A stretch of 64,000 nucleotides of DNA from Alkaliphilus flagellatus (GCF_018919215.1 NZ_JAHLQK010000001.1:92430-156429); one strand, 5' to 3'; numbered from the stretch's first letter, positions 49,463 through 61,159 are shown. A program made the numbers and translations. Notes: generated by a model not told the origin, from the sequence alone.

Positions 49463-49530
49463 ATTAATTTATATTTATTTATTTATATTTATTTATATTT
49501 ATTTATTTATATTTATTTATATTTATTTAC
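49463..49530. repeat. AT-rich tandem microsatellite (ATTTAT/ATTTATAT)n
   Basis: A run of about 65 bp of alternating ATTTAT and ATTTATAT units, visible directly in the sequence. Confidence 0.8.
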
Positions 49531-49683
49531 TTTATTAAAACAGTCAACTCTTTTAAAGTATTGATTTTACCATTTAACTTATTATTTGGTAGATATTTGG
49601 AAACAATATTATATTATATGTAATAATATACAGAAAACATGACTTAAACTTACACTATTAATTTTTAAGGGGTAGAGAATAAA

Positions 49684-50781
49684 ATGGATAAATTTACATC
49701 AAGGCATTATGCTTTTTTAATTTTAGCTACAGGAATCGTTTCTATTAAAACATATCCGGGAATTCTTATTAAAGACGGAGGAAGAGAAAGTTGGATAGGA
49801 ATTATTATTGCATCAATGTTAATGCTAGGTTTTTATATGTATATTGTTGGAATATGTAAAAAATATAACTGCTATAGCTTTTGCAAAATATATGAAAGAG
49901 CCCTGGGAGAAAAATTAAGTAAGGTTTTTATAGGGTTATTTATGATAACACTGTTTATAACACTAGTTGAAAGTGCTTCTGCAGAGGCAAATTCTATGCA
50001 TACAAATATGTTATTAGACACCCCCGAGTGGTATTTGTTATTATTTTTTATAGTTCCAATTATATATACTATTAGGAAGGATATTGTAGCAGTTATTACT
50101 ATTACTATGATAGGAATAGTGCTTATAATGCTTGCAGGAATTAATCTTTCCATACTTACTGCAAGGTATAAAAGCTTCGAACGACTTTTTCCTATTTTTA
50201 GCTATGGGCTGCATAAAGGTTTTTTTATATCTATAATAAAAATGCTAGGGTTATATGGATGCATATCTATAACATTACCCTACCTTGCAAAAATAGGAGA
50301 TACTAAAAAAATAACTAAACATACTGTAATTGGTTTACTAATTGTAGCACAAATGCAAATAGTGGCAATAGCTGGAGTTATAATGACATTTGGCGTTGAC
50401 TATGTTAAGCCAATGCCCTATCCAAAGCTTATACAAACTCAACAGGTAAGTTATATGAGGTTTTTAGAGTTTGGGGAGCTTTATGTAATGCTTCAAATTG
50501 TAGGTGGGTGGATTTTAAAGTATGTAATCTCATTTTATGCAATATTACTTTTAAGTAAGGAGTTTAATTTAAAGAGGAAGCATCTTATATATATGACTTA
50601 TATAATAAGTGTACTTGTATATATCGCAGCTTACTTTATTTCTAATAATCTATTTGTACTTTTTTCATTTTTTAATATATATTCATACATTTGCTTTATA
50701 AACTTTGTTATAATTCCATTTATAGTTTTTACTGTATTTGCTGTAAAAATGAGTAAGGAAAAGTTCGAGGCTAATGTATAA
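49684..50781 (+). CDS. gerAB: spore germination receptor B subunit (GerAB family, APC-type permease)
   Basis: 10 TM. The N-terminus FTSRHYAFLILATGIVSIKTYPGIL is typical of the GerAB/GerKB family. Confidence 0.75.
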   Translation: MDKFTSRHYAFLILATGIVSIKTYPGILIKDGGRESWIGIIIASMLMLGFYMYIVGICKKYNCYSFCKIYERALGEKLSKVFIGLFMITLFITLVESASAEANSMHTNMLLDTPEWYLLLFFIVPIIYTIRKDIVAVITITMIGIVLIMLAGINLSILTARYKSFERLFPIFSYGLHKGFFISIIKMLGLYGCISITLPYLAKIGDTKKITKHTVIGLLIVAQMQIVAIAGVIMTFGVDYVKPMPYPKLIQTQQVSYMRFLEFGELYVMLQIVGGWILKYVISFYAILLLSKEFNLKRKHLIYMTYIISVLVYIAAYFISNNLFVLFSFFNIYSYICFINFVIIPFIVFTVFAVKMSKEKFEANV

Positions 50782-50796
50782 TATTTATAATCTTAC

Positions 50797-50843
50797 ATAA
50801 AGTCTTACCTTAATAATATATTAAGGTAGACTTTATTTGTGTT
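50797..50843 (+). terminator. rho-independent terminator
   Basis: A roughly 17-bp stem ATAAAGTCTTACCTTAAT/ATTAAGGTAGACTTTAT with one bulge, followed by TTGTGTT. Confidence 0.5.
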
Positions 50844-51002
50844 ATAGGGATGGAAGATGGGGTATCCTTTCTATAGGGTATTTTGTTATTTGTAAATTAA
50901 TATATTGACATTATTAATTATGTTATATAGTATATATGTATTTACTATGTAATTAATTAAGATAATTTAAATTTATTTATAAAATTTAAAGGGGGTAAAA
51001 TA

Positions 51003-52874
51003 TTGAAGAAACAAAAAAATTCTAAAAAACCTTTGATTTACTATTATGGAATGGTCATTTTAATAATGATGCTACTCAACGCACTGGTATTTCCAGAGTT
51101 CCTGGATCAACATATAAAAGAAGTTGACTATGGAACTTTTTTAAAACGTGTTGAAGATGGAGATGTAAGTCAGGTTCAAATAGAAGGTAATAGGATTGCT
51201 TTTCTTGTCAAAAATGAGGATGAAAAAAACAATATTTATGTTACTGGACTTATGGAAGACCCAGATTTAGTAAATCGTCTATATAAGGCAGATGTGAAAT
51301 TTACCAAGGATATTCCAAGAGAAAAGTCACCTTTGCAGAATTTCATTATTACATGGATATTGCCTATGGCTTTATTTATTGGAATCGGGCAGATTTTAAC
51401 AAGACAAATGCGGAAGCGCATGGGTGGCCCAAGTGCTATGACCTTCGGCAAGAGTAATGCCAAAATTTATGTTCAGGCGAAGACAGGTAAAACCTTTGCA
51501 GATGTAGCAGGACAGGATGAAGCTAAAGAGGCATTGAACGAAATTGTAGACTTTCTTCATAATCCTAAAAAATATGCAGAAATTGGAGCTGCATTACCTA
51601 AGGGTGCGTTACTGGTTGGACCTCCTGGTACTGGTAAAACATTGTTAGCTCGTGCAGTTGCTGGTGAAGCTAATGTACCATTCTTTTCAATATCTGGCTC
51701 TGAATTTGTTGAAATGTTTGTAGGTATGGGTGCAGCGAAGGTTCGTGACTTGTTTAAACAAGCCAATGAGAAAGCTCCTTGTATCGTATTTATAGATGAG
51801 ATTGACACTATCGGTAAAAAACGTGATAGTGGTGGTATTGGTGGCAATGATGAACGGGAACAGACCTTGAATCAGCTTCTTACAGAAATGGATGGATTTG
51901 ATGGTAAAAAGGGAGTCGTTATCCTTGCTGCAACTAACCGTCCAGAAACACTAGATAAAGCCTTATTGCGTCCAGGACGTTTCGATAGACGTATTCCAGT
52001 CGAACTTCCAGACCTTGCAGGGAGAGAAGCAATCCTAAAGGTTCATGCTGAAAAAATAAAAATGGAGTCTAAAATTGATTTTAATGTCATTGCAAGAGCT
52101 ACTGCTGGAGCTTCTGGTGCAGAGCTTGCTAATATTGTGAATGAAGCGGCCCTACGTGCAGTAAGATCGGGGCGTAGCTTAGTTGCTCAAGAAGATTTAG
52201 AAGAATCTGTTGAGGTTATTATAGCAGGTTATCAACGGAAAGGTGCAGTAATATCTCCAAAAGAAAAAAATATTATTGCATATCACGAAATAGGCCATGC
52301 CTTGGTAGCTGCAAAGCAAACAGATTCTGCCCCTGTTCACAAAATTACTATTATCCCAAGAACCTCTGGTGCTTTAGGCTACACTATGCAGGTGGAAGAG
52401 GATGAACGTACATTAATGAGTAAAGAACAAGCCTTTAATAAGATAGTTACCTTCACAGGGGGACGTGCTGCAGAAGAATTGATATTTAATACTGTTACAT
52501 CTGGAGCATCTAATGATATAGAGCAAGCGACAAGGATTGCTCGTGCCATGGTTACACGCTTTGGAATGAGTGAGAACTTTGATATGATGGCTTTAGAAAC
52601 AGTAAGTAATCAGTATCTTGGAGGAGATGCATCTCTAATATGTTCTCCAGAAACAGCCGCAAGGATTGACGAAGAGGTTCTATCTATTATTAAGAACGCC
52701 CATGAAAAAGCCATAAGAATTTTAAAAGAAAACCAAGATAAACTACACGAATTGACAAGCTATTTACTAGAAAAAGAGACTATTACTGGCGAAGAATTTA
52801 TGGATATTCTATCTAAAGATAGTAATATTATTTCTAAGGACGGTGATATTGTTTCCAAGGATGGTGTGGAATGA
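51003..52874 (+). CDS. ftsH: ATP-dependent zinc metalloprotease FtsH
   Basis: Two TM helices, an AAA module ([12 protein letters not shown]) with the SRH, and the HEIGHAL zinc motif. TTG start after GGGGGT. Confidence 0.9.
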   Translation: MKKQKNSKKPLIYYYGMVILIMMLLNALVFPEFLDQHIKEVDYGTFLKRVEDGDVSQVQIEGNRIAFLVKNEDEKNNIYVTGLMEDPDLVNRLYKADVKFTKDIPREKSPLQNFIITWILPMALFIGIGQILTRQMRKRMGGPSAMTFGKSNAKIYVQAKTGKTFADVAGQDEAKEALNEIVDFLHNPKKYAEIGAALPKGALLVGPPGTGKTLLARAVAGEANVPFFSISGSEFVEMFVGMGAAKVRDLFKQANEKAPCIVFIDEIDTIGKKRDSGGIGGNDEREQTLNQLLTEMDGFDGKKGVVILAATNRPETLDKALLRPGRFDRRIPVELPDLAGREAILKVHAEKIKMESKIDFNVIARATAGASGAELANIVNEAALRAVRSGRSLVAQEDLEESVEVIIAGYQRKGAVISPKEKNIIAYHEIGHALVAAKQTDSAPVHKITIIPRTSGALGYTMQVEEDERTLMSKEQAFNKIVTFTGGRAAEELIFNTVTSGASNDIEQATRIARAMVTRFGMSENFDMMALETVSNQYLGGDASLICSPETAARIDEEVLSIIKNAHEKAIRILKENQDKLHELTSYLLEKETITGEEFMDILSKDSNIISKDGDIVSKDGVE

Positions 52875-53515
52875 ATAATATTATAAGTCAATTGCTTTAC
52901 ACTTTACCCGCAATACTTATTGCAATATCTATGCATGAGTTTGCACATGGTTATGTTTCATATAGACTGGGTGACCCTACCCCTAAGCATATGGGTAGAC
53001 TTTCAGTTAATCCCTTGGCCCATCTTGATCCTGTAGGTACTATTTGTCTATTAATTTTTCATTTTGGATGGGCAAAACCTGTAGGTGTTAATCCCTATTA
53101 TTATAAAGATAGAAAAAAAGGTATGGTAATGGTGGCCCTTGCTGGGCCTATTATGAACTTTTTTATTGCATTTATAAGTATTTTTGCTATGGGATTAATT
53201 TTAAAGGTTACGGGAGGATATGCTGGAGAATTTATTATATATATATTTAATTTTTTAAACTATTTATTTATTATAAATATTGGGCTTGGTGCATTTAATC
53301 TTATACCAGTTCCGCCTTTAGATGGTTCTAAAGTTCTAGGGGCAGTTCTACCTTCTGATAAATACTTTAAATATATGCAGTACGAAAGATATGGAACCCT
53401 TATCTTAATGGGACTTCTATATTTAGGAATTTTAGATGTACCCCTTACTATTGTCCGTAGTTCATTAAGTAAGGTTATGTGGACAGTTGTAAGCTTTATC
53501 TTTAGATTAGGTTAA
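52871..53515 (+). CDS. M50 family site-2-type membrane metalloprotease
   Basis: HEFAHG HExxH motif within a TM helix, plus a second metal ligand region (NLIPVPPLDG). 214 aa. Overlaps the ftsH stop. Confidence 0.75.
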   Translation: MNNIISQLLYTLPAILIAISMHEFAHGYVSYRLGDPTPKHMGRLSVNPLAHLDPVGTICLLIFHFGWAKPVGVNPYYYKDRKKGMVMVALAGPIMNFFIAFISIFAMGLILKVTGGYAGEFIIYIFNFLNYLFIINIGLGAFNLIPVPPLDGSKVLGAVLPSDKYFKYMQYERYGTLILMGLLYLGILDVPLTIVRSSLSKVMWTVVSFIFRLG

Positions 53516-53524
53516 ACAAGATTT

Positions 53525-53570
53525 ACAAAAATCCTCTCACAGGAAATTGGGTGAGAGGATTTTTGTAAAC
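53525..53570. terminator. bidirectional terminator, 19-bp perfect stem
   Basis: TTTACAAAAATCCTCTCAC/GTGAGAGGATTTTTGTAAA. Confidence 0.7.
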
Positions 53571-53585
53571 TACTCAATATGACTT

Positions 53586-54629
53586 TTATATTTGTCCTAT
53601 GGCCATTTGCACTAAAAATGCAACTATAACTACTAGTGCAGAAATAATAAATCCATGAAACATTGGAGCAAATCCAGATTTCGAAAGTTTTTTAAAGTTA
53701 GTTTTAAGTCCTATAGCACCTAAAGACATAACCATAAAGAATTTACTTATCCTAGATATGGAAGAACTTAGCCCTTCAGGAAGAATTCCAATACTTTTAA
53801 TAGCAACCATACCAAGAAACATTAGAATAAACCAAGGAAAAATCTTTTTAATATCAACCTTTTTCTTTTCATGGATGGCTACAGTACCATCTCCAGCCAC
53901 AGATATTTCTTCCGCCTTTCTAATAAGTCTCTCATTGATATAAGAGAATATAAGCACAACAGGAACAATTGATAAAGTCCGTGTAAGCTTAACTATTACA
54001 GAAAAATTTCCTGCAATATCTGAAAAAGCATAGCCCGCAGCAACTACTGAAGAAGTGTCATTTACAGCTGTTCCAGTCCAAAGACCATATCCTAAATCAG
54101 ACATACCAAAGTACTTACCCATAATAGGGAATAAAATTACCATAACAATGTCAAATATAAATGTAGCAGATATGGCATATGCAATATCACTATCTTCAGC
54201 ATCAATAGCTTGTGCAATAGCAGCCACGGCAGAACCACCACATATACCTGTTCCCGCTGATATAAGTCCCGACAATTTCCAATTCATTTTAAAAAGCTTA
54301 CCAAATAAATATCCACCACCAAAGGCAGTTATAAGTGTAAATATCATAACAAACAAGGAAAATTTTCCAACCTCTACTACCTGAGAGAAACTTAGGGTAG
54401 CCCCCATTAGAATAATGGCAAGGCGTAATATTTGCTTAGATGTAAAGTTAAAGCCTTTTTCAAGGATTTCATATTTCGCTGTTAAAGGATTTAATAACAT
54501 ACCTATAATTAGGGCAAAGACTCCTGCACCTATAAGATTATATGGTATAAGTCCACTTAAAAAAACTGAGGCAATTGCAAGTGTAACGGTAACCAATATT
54601 CCTGAGGAATATTTTTTAATAAATTCCAT
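53586..54629 (-). CDS. YeiH/UPF0324 family putative sulfate exporter
   Basis: A roughly 10-TM protein. N-terminus GILVTVTLAIASVFLS and overall resemblance to YeiH. Confidence 0.7.
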   Translation of the reverse strand: MEFIKKYSSGILVTVTLAIASVFLSGLIPYNLIGAGVFALIIGMLLNPLTAKYEILEKGFNFTSKQILRLAIILMGATLSFSQVVEVGKFSLFVMIFTLITAFGGGYLFGKLFKMNWKLSGLISAGTGICGGSAVAAIAQAIDAEDSDIAYAISATFIFDIVMVILFPIMGKYFGMSDLGYGLWTGTAVNDTSSVVAAGYAFSDIAGNFSVIVKLTRTLSIVPVVLIFSYINERLIRKAEEISVAGDGTVAIHEKKKVDIKKIFPWFILMFLGMVAIKSIGILPEGLSSSISRISKFFMVMSLGAIGLKTNFKKLSKSGFAPMFHGFIISALVVIVAFLVQMAIGQI

Positions 54630-54885
54630 AAAATCAACTCCTTATTTAAATGTCTTCTTGATTTTATCATCTATAAACTATAATTTCTACTTATAAATAT
54701 TTATATATCTATAATATAAATTTATAGAAGTAAGAGCAAAATATTGAATAACATTAAAGCTATTTTGTTTATTTTAAACTAAAATAATGTTATAATAGAG
54801 AGTCAAAGTTTTTTTACGTCTAGTATTTATTAAAGCAGTTTAATTATAAATATTTAAATAATAATTCATAAGGGGAGGAAGACAA

Positions 54886-56394
54886 ATGAAAATAGGATTC
54901 GATCATGAAAAATACTTAGAAGAGCAATCGAAGTATATTTTAGAAAGAGTTAATAATTATGATAAGCTATATTTAGAATTTGGAGGAAAGCTCCTGTTTG
55001 ATCTTCATGCAAAAAGGGTTTTACCTGGATTTGACGAAAATGCAAAGGTGAAACTATTACAGAAATTAAAAGAAAAAATTGAAGTTGTTATTTGTGTATA
55101 TGCAGGTGATATTGAAAGAAATAAAATAAGGGGAGACTTTGGCATCACCTATGATATGGATACCTTAAGATTGATTGATGATTTAAGGGCTTATGAGCTT
55201 GATGTAAATAGTGTTGTTATAACAAGATATGATGGACAACCAGCGACCACTGTTTTTATTAATAAACTTGAACGCAGGGGAATAAAGGTTTATACTCATC
55301 GAACTACTAAAGGATACCCTACAGACGTAGATACAATTGTAAGTGATGAAGGATATGGTAAAAATCCATATATTGAGACAACAAAGCCTATTGTTGTTGT
55401 AACTGCTCCAGGGCCAGGAAGTGGTAAGCTAGCAACTTGTCTTAGTCAGTTATATCATGAATATAAAAGAGGTAAAGCAGCAGGTTATTCAAAATTTGAA
55501 ACCTTCCCTGTATGGAATGTTCCTTTAAAGCACCCTTTAAATATAGCTTATGAAGCAGCAACAGTAGATCTAAAAGATGCAAATATGATAGATCCCTTTC
55601 ATCTTGATGCCTATAATGAGGTAGCAGTTAACTACAATCGTGATGTAGAAACCTTCCCCGTACTTAAAAGAATTATAGAAAAAATAACAGGAACAGAATC
55701 AGTATACAAATCTCCAACGGATATGGGAGTTAACAGAGTAGGTTTTGGTATAATTGACGATGAGGCAGTAAAAGAAGCATCTAAGCAAGAAATTATTAGA
55801 AGGTATTTTAAAACAGGGTGTGAGTATAAAAAAGGTTATGTAGAAAAAGAAACCTTTGAAAGATCGAAACTAATTATGGAGGAGCTAAAACTAAGACCGG
55901 AAGATAGAACAGTGGTTGGCCCTGCAAGAGAGCGATCTGCTAAACTAAAAGAAGTATCCAATAAAAATGAAGTCCGTCCAGCAGTAGCAATAGAGCTTAA
56001 TAATGGAACAATCTTAACAGGTAAAAGTTCCGAGCTAATGGACGCAACAGCGGCTGTGATTTTAAATGCTGTTAAATATCTAGCAAGTATATCTGATGAA
56101 ATTTATCTAATTTCTCCAGTTATACTTGAACCGATTAGAAGCCTAAAGTCTAAAACATTAGGAAATAGAAATGGAGTTTTAGACTGCGAGGAAATACTTA
56201 TTGCCCTTAGTATATGCGCAGCTACTAATCCAACAGCACAGGTAGCTATGGAAAAGTTATCTATGCTAAAGGGGTGTCAGGCTCATTCAACTACTATTTT
56301 AAGCTCAAATGATGAGCAGATATTCAATAAGCTGGGAATAGACATAACGAGCGACCCTGAATATGCTACGGAAAGTCTTTATTATAATGCATAG
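54886..56394 (+). CDS. UPF0371/DUF1846 family protein
   Basis: N-terminus [22 protein letters not shown]...[23 protein letters not shown]. 502 aa, typical of this family. Confidence 0.65.
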   Translation: MKIGFDHEKYLEEQSKYILERVNNYDKLYLEFGGKLLFDLHAKRVLPGFDENAKVKLLQKLKEKIEVVICVYAGDIERNKIRGDFGITYDMDTLRLIDDLRAYELDVNSVVITRYDGQPATTVFINKLERRGIKVYTHRTTKGYPTDVDTIVSDEGYGKNPYIETTKPIVVVTAPGPGSGKLATCLSQLYHEYKRGKAAGYSKFETFPVWNVPLKHPLNIAYEAATVDLKDANMIDPFHLDAYNEVAVNYNRDVETFPVLKRIIEKITGTESVYKSPTDMGVNRVGFGIIDDEAVKEASKQEIIRRYFKTGCEYKKGYVEKETFERSKLIMEELKLRPEDRTVVGPARERSAKLKEVSNKNEVRPAVAIELNNGTILTGKSSELMDATAAVILNAVKYLASISDEIYLISPVILEPIRSLKSKTLGNRNGVLDCEEILIALSICAATNPTAQVAMEKLSMLKGCQAHSTTILSSNDEQIFNKLGIDITSDPEYATESLYYNA

Positions 56395-56430
56395 GAAATT
56401 ATGCACTTAATGAAATTGCATATAAATCAA

Positions 56431-56471
56431 AAATCCCTAGAAGTCAAGAAATGATTTCTAGGGATTTTTTA
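56431..56471 (+). terminator. rho-independent terminator
   Basis: Stem AAATCCCTAGAA/TTCTAGGGATTT followed by TTTTTAT. Confidence 0.6.
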
Positions 56472-56551
56472 TAAAATAACTTGACACTAGAGGTTTAACG
56501 CATTAAACTGAAACTGAGGTCTAATACATTAAACCAAGGAGGTGTTTTTTT

Positions 56552-56920
56552 ATGGAAAGTACAAAAATATTCGATGCAGAATTTAAGTTTATGAATTTAG
56601 TGTGGGACAGAGCGCCAATAAGAAGTTCGGAGCTTGTAAAGCTTGCTGAAGATGAGCTGGGATGGAAAAAATCAACAACTTATACTGTTATCCGCAGACT
56701 CAGCGATAGAGGAATTATCAAGAATGAAAACTCTATAGTCATAGTACTTAAAGAGAGAGATAAAATTCAAAAAGCTGAAGCATATGAATTTATAGATAAA
56801 GTCTTTGATGGATCATTAAAGATGTTCTTTACATCATTTCTTAAGAAAGAAAAATTATCTAAAGAGGAACTTGAAGAGCTTAAAAAGATAGTCGAAATGA
56901 ATTCTAAAAGAGGTGAGTAA
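56552..56920 (+). CDS. BlaI/MecI/CopY family repressor
   Basis: wHTH FMNLVWDRAPIRSSELVKLAEDELGWKKSTTYTVIRRLSDRG with a C-terminal dimerisation helix. Confidence 0.8.
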   Translation: MESTKIFDAEFKFMNLVWDRAPIRSSELVKLAEDELGWKKSTTYTVIRRLSDRGIIKNENSIVIVLKERDKIQKAEAYEFIDKVFDGSLKMFFTSFLKKEKLSKEELEELKKIVEMNSKRGE

Positions 56921-58821
56921 TGATGTTGGAAAATATATTTTTATCTATATTTAACATGAGCATAACTGCAACCATAGTAGCTTTATTTGTAATAGTGATA
57001 AGGCTTATTTTAAATAAAAAGCTCTCAAAAACATTTAGTTATATACTATGGGTAGTTGTTCTAATAAGACTCATTATACCTTTTTCCTATTATTCCAAGT
57101 TTAGCATTTTCAATATATCCTCAGTACCTTCACAGATAATTAAAATCAATAAAGACAGTGGAGGAATACAATATATTTCAAATGGTATAGAGGTTTTAGA
57201 AAATCCAACTATCAACTCACTTCTTCCAGCACCTAATCCGACGGCATCTATAGACCCCGTACAGGTAGTAACCTTTGTTGGTTCTCGAATATGGTTTATA
57301 ATAGCTATCTCCATGCTTTTATTATTAGTTATAGCATATATTAGAACATCATCAAAACTTAAAACTGCAATAATTAATAAAGACAAAACTATTATAGATA
57401 TTACCGAGAAATGTAGTAAAAGACTTAATTTTAAAAGGAAAATAAAAATATATACATCTGAAATTGTACAAAGTCCTGTAGTGTTTGGTTTAGTAAGACC
57501 TAAAATTATTATGCCAAAATTAATGTTGGATACTTATGATAAGGAAACCCTTTCTTATATAATTACCCATGAAATAGTTCATATTAAAAGATTTGACTAC
57601 ATTATAAAACCAATTATGATAATTGTTCTAAGTATCCACTGGTTTAATCCAATAATATGGATATCATTTATACTGGCAAGCATGGATATGGAATTTGCAT
57701 GTGATGAAAAGGTAATAAAGACATGGGAAGATGATATAAGATCAGAATATGCCACTTCCTTAATAAATACAGCTGCAATTCAAAATGGTATATTTGGTGG
57801 AGGAATTTTAGCTTTTGGTCAAAGTAATATTAATAAAAGGGTGAGCGGTATTATGAAATATAAAAAACCAACATTGTTTTTGTCAGGTTTAGCAATAACA
57901 ATATTGTTGATAACAATGATATTTACTTTAACAAATAGGCCTCCAGATATACTATATGAAAATGATGAATACGGATTTTCATTAACCATACCAAAGAGTA
58001 TATCGGATGATATAAATATAATAGAGAATAGCGACGTTATATATTTTACAAGCAAAGATGTTGAAGAGATGTTTCCTGAAGAAGTTTTGGGGGTAATTGG
58101 TAGAATTGAAATCTATTATAAAAAAAATTCTACAAAAGAAGATTTAAAGGAGCTAGAAGAAATCTATAACTTAAAATATTTAGGAGAAAATGATAAATAT
58201 TACTTTGGATGGGCTATTGCCACAGATGTTCAGGTTCCACCTGAAGCACCTAACCAGTTAAAGGATAAATACAGGAATTTGGAAGAAAAATTTAGAGACG
58301 TTATTAAGACTTTTAAGATAAATAAGGTTAATGGACTAAATAATTCTAAAAAGCTGTCAGGCAAACACCCTATTGAACCACCACCTATTATAATAATAGA
58401 TGAAACAAATCCTCATACAATTGGTAACTATGCAATACTTAAAACAAGTTGGAATGGCACTATGTATGATAGACTCTCTTTTTATCAAGCAGCTTGGAAT
58501 AGTGAACCGACTCTTTTAACAGGACTACATAGACCTAAACCAGGAGAAAAATTTAAAATTGATTTTGGGGATTATTTGCCTGATGAAGTATCAGTAAAAA
58601 TGGCTTATCTAACAGATAGTTTTAATGAATCATTGCTACCTATAGTAGATATCCCTGTTAGTAATGTGGAGGGTATTTATGAATTTATTAACCCGTCTGC
58701 ATCGAAAGATAGTACAGTACCTACATCAGGTAGAGTATTTAGCATTACTGCCACATGGGATGAAAATATATGTGAGTATGTTTTTGCAACGGATGGGAAA
58801 TTTGATAATTGGAATGAATAA
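56920..58821 (+). CDS. BlaR1/MecR1-like M56 peptidase membrane protein with a non-PBP extracellular C-terminal domain
   Basis: 4 TM with HEIVHIKRFD, the M56 HExxH. The C-terminal roughly 300 aa lacks SxxK/SxN/KTG penicillin-binding motifs. Confidence 0.7.
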   Translation: MMLENIFLSIFNMSITATIVALFVIVIRLILNKKLSKTFSYILWVVVLIRLIIPFSYYSKFSIFNISSVPSQIIKINKDSGGIQYISNGIEVLENPTINSLLPAPNPTASIDPVQVVTFVGSRIWFIIAISMLLLLVIAYIRTSSKLKTAIINKDKTIIDITEKCSKRLNFKRKIKIYTSEIVQSPVVFGLVRPKIIMPKLMLDTYDKETLSYIITHEIVHIKRFDYIIKPIMIIVLSIHWFNPIIWISFILASMDMEFACDEKVIKTWEDDIRSEYATSLINTAAIQNGIFGGGILAFGQSNINKRVSGIMKYKKPTLFLSGLAITILLITMIFTLTNRPPDILYENDEYGFSLTIPKSISDDINIIENSDVIYFTSKDVEEMFPEEVLGVIGRIEIYYKKNSTKEDLKELEEIYNLKYLGENDKYYFGWAIATDVQVPPEAPNQLKDKYRNLEEKFRDVIKTFKINKVNGLNNSKKLSGKHPIEPPPIIIIDETNPHTIGNYAILKTSWNGTMYDRLSFYQAAWNSEPTLLTGLHRPKPGEKFKIDFGDYLPDEVSVKMAYLTDSFNESLLPIVDIPVSNVEGIYEFINPSASKDSTVPTSGRVFSITATWDENICEYVFATDGKFDNWNE

Positions 58822-58850
58822 GATTTAAAAAGTTAGATAATTTAAAGTAA

Positions 58851-58890
58851 AAAAATCTCTAGATGTATTATCTAGAGATTTCAGTCTTTA
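58851..58890 (+). terminator. probable terminator
   Basis: Stem AAATCTCTAGA/TCTAGAGATTT with a weak T-tract. Confidence 0.4.
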
Positions 58891-59120
58891 TTTAGCCTTT
58901 TAACCTTTAGGTATTTAGTATATAAAGTGACATTATGTTTAAGGAGTTAGATTTTTTAAATTTTATTCACCGAGTTATGTTTTACTTTCAATATTAAATA
59001 AAAATTAAGTTACAGTCCTAAGCTTTTCTATAAAAGGATAAAAATTTAACATTTTGGCAACAAGTAGGTCTTACTTGGCAACAAGAATGTGATAAAATTA
59101 AGCCAAAGGAGGAATGGTCA

Positions 59121-60443
59121 ATGAAAAAACGAATAATGGTCATAATTCTGCTTAGTCTTATAACATTAAATACTAGCTGCAATTATAGAAAAGAAGGAGA
59201 TATAAAGAAAGTCGTACTACAAAAAGATATATCCAAGGACTCAATAAAAGAAGATGAAATTAAAATAGTAATGGAAGAAATAGATTTAGAACTAGAGGAA
59301 GGAGAGTATTTTGAACCTTCATTTTATCATAATGGAGACGTATACGGTTATATACATAGTGGATTTGGTATAGTACATAGCGAGAGGTCAACTGAGCAGT
59401 TTCCTATAGGAGGACAATTAAAAGAACATTTATATAGATTACAACAAGATAATACATTAAAAGAGACTACAAAAAAGGTATTTATGTTTAATATACATGA
59501 TCCTAAAACCATTGGTTATGAATTATATAAAGATGAACCAAAACTTCTAGCTATAGATTATCTAAAACAGGATGAACCATTGGAGATGAAGGATTTAGAT
59601 AATGCATTAAGTACATTAGAGAAAGATACTAATACGCCTATGTTTAAGAAGAATACTAATACATACATAAGGGAAACAGTTATTGATGAAGATACAACTT
59701 ATTTGACTATTATGGCTCATGTACCATATGAAGGACACGATTTATATTTTTATGATATACAGAAGAAACAACTCTACAGAAGAAGGGGAAATATATCTAA
59801 TGGTGAACATGTTGAATATATACAAGCTTTAAAATCTTTTATATGTTTAGATGACGACTTAAAAAGCTATAAAGTTGTTTTTAAAGATAATGAATATGAC
59901 TTCATAGAATATATTGATTTAAATAAGTATACAAATAATCTGAAAGAAATAGATTCTAAAGCGAGAGTGGGCTTCTTTCCTATAAATGATGAGGAAGTTT
60001 TAATTTGGATCTCAGAACCATTTAGGTTAGGAGGATATTTTGATTATCATCCTAGCTATCAGACAAAAGCTATTAGCAGCTTTAATTTTAAAACAAATCA
60101 ATTTGAGGAATTATTTGCTGCAAAAGAGGGGCAGTATGTCGATTTTAATTATGTTGGTACTGTAGAATCAATAGGAAGAGATTTATTTATTATCGATGAA
60201 TTCCAAGAAAGTGATGGTAATATAGTCCCTAAAAAAAGAACTTTTAAAATTATAGCAGATGGACAATTAAATACAATATATGAAGAGAATATAGAGGATG
60301 AAGGAATTACATTAAACTCATATCTATATACTTTATTAAGTGAAGATGGAAAAGAAATATTTTTGAATAAAGTTATTTCTACAATGGAAAATAAAGTGGA
60401 AACTAGTAAGGATGCTATTTACAAGAAATATACTTTCGAATGA
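59121..60443 (+). CDS. lipoprotein, hypothetical
   Basis: Lipobox LNTSC. 440 aa. I recognise no motif. Confidence 0.5.
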   Translation: MKKRIMVIILLSLITLNTSCNYRKEGDIKKVVLQKDISKDSIKEDEIKIVMEEIDLELEEGEYFEPSFYHNGDVYGYIHSGFGIVHSERSTEQFPIGGQLKEHLYRLQQDNTLKETTKKVFMFNIHDPKTIGYELYKDEPKLLAIDYLKQDEPLEMKDLDNALSTLEKDTNTPMFKKNTNTYIRETVIDEDTTYLTIMAHVPYEGHDLYFYDIQKKQLYRRRGNISNGEHVEYIQALKSFICLDDDLKSYKVVFKDNEYDFIEYIDLNKYTNNLKEIDSKARVGFFPINDEEVLIWISEPFRLGGYFDYHPSYQTKAISSFNFKTNQFEELFAAKEGQYVDFNYVGTVESIGRDLFIIDEFQESDGNIVPKKRTFKIIADGQLNTIYEENIEDEGITLNSYLYTLLSEDGKEIFLNKVISTMENKVETSKDAIYKKYTFE

Positions 60444-60472
60444 TTTAATATAAATAATTTGGAGGATATAAA

Positions 60473-61159
60473 ATGAACAAAAAACTATTAGTAGTAGAGG
60501 ATGAATACTCTATTAATGACATACTTACTTTGACTTTTAAAAAAGAGGGATATGAAGTAAGAAGTATATTTGATGGAAAAAGAGCCTTGGATGAAATAAA
60601 AGAATTCAATCCGGATATGATTTTGTTAGATGCTATGTTTCCAGATTGTGATGGATTTGAAATTTGCAAGCAAATTTCAGATAAACATTTAGTTATAATG
60701 ATTACAGCTAAGGATACGATTTTTGATAGAGTACTGGGCTTAGAGTTAGGGGCAGATGATTATATTACAAAGCCCTTTGAGATTAAAGAAGTAGTGGTTA
60801 GAGTAAAAGCCCTATTTAGAAGTCTAAAAAAAGAAATTGGAGGGCCTGAAGAATCTATAATTAAATTAGGTCAAGGTATCTCCGTAGATGTAAAAGGTGA
60901 GAGGGTCTTCAAGGATTCAGTAGCAGTATTACTTAAAAGAAAAGAGTGGGAGCTATTATTCTATCTACTAATGAATAGAAATCAAGTATTTTCTAGGGAG
61001 GAATTATTGAATAAGGTATGGGATTATGAATACTGTGGAGATACAAGAACTGTAGACGTACATATTAGAAGACTTAGAGCAAAACTAGGTTTAGAGAAGG
61101 ATTCCCTTATAGAAACTGTGTTTGGAAGAGGCTATGTAATGAGGTACAATGATGATTAA
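60473..61159 (+). CDS. OmpR-family response regulator
   Basis: Receiver domain with winged helix (TVDVHIRRLRAKLG...GYVM). Confidence 0.85.
   Translation: MNKKLLVVEDEYSINDILTLTFKKEGYEVRSIFDGKRALDEIKEFNPDMILLDAMFPDCDGFEICKQISDKHLVIMITAKDTIFDRVLGLELGADDYITKPFEIKEVVVRVKALFRSLKKEIGGPEESIIKLGQGISVDVKGERVFKDSVAVLLKRKEWELLFYLLMNRNQVFSREELLNKVWDYEYCGDTRTVDVHIRRLRAKLGLEKDSLIETVFGRGYVMRYNDD

Noticed and set aside
49463-49530. Possibility that the ATTTAT repeat tract is a CRISPR or an IS terminal repeat
   Set aside because: Units are 6-8 bp and contiguous. There are no spacers and no flanking transposase or cas genes.
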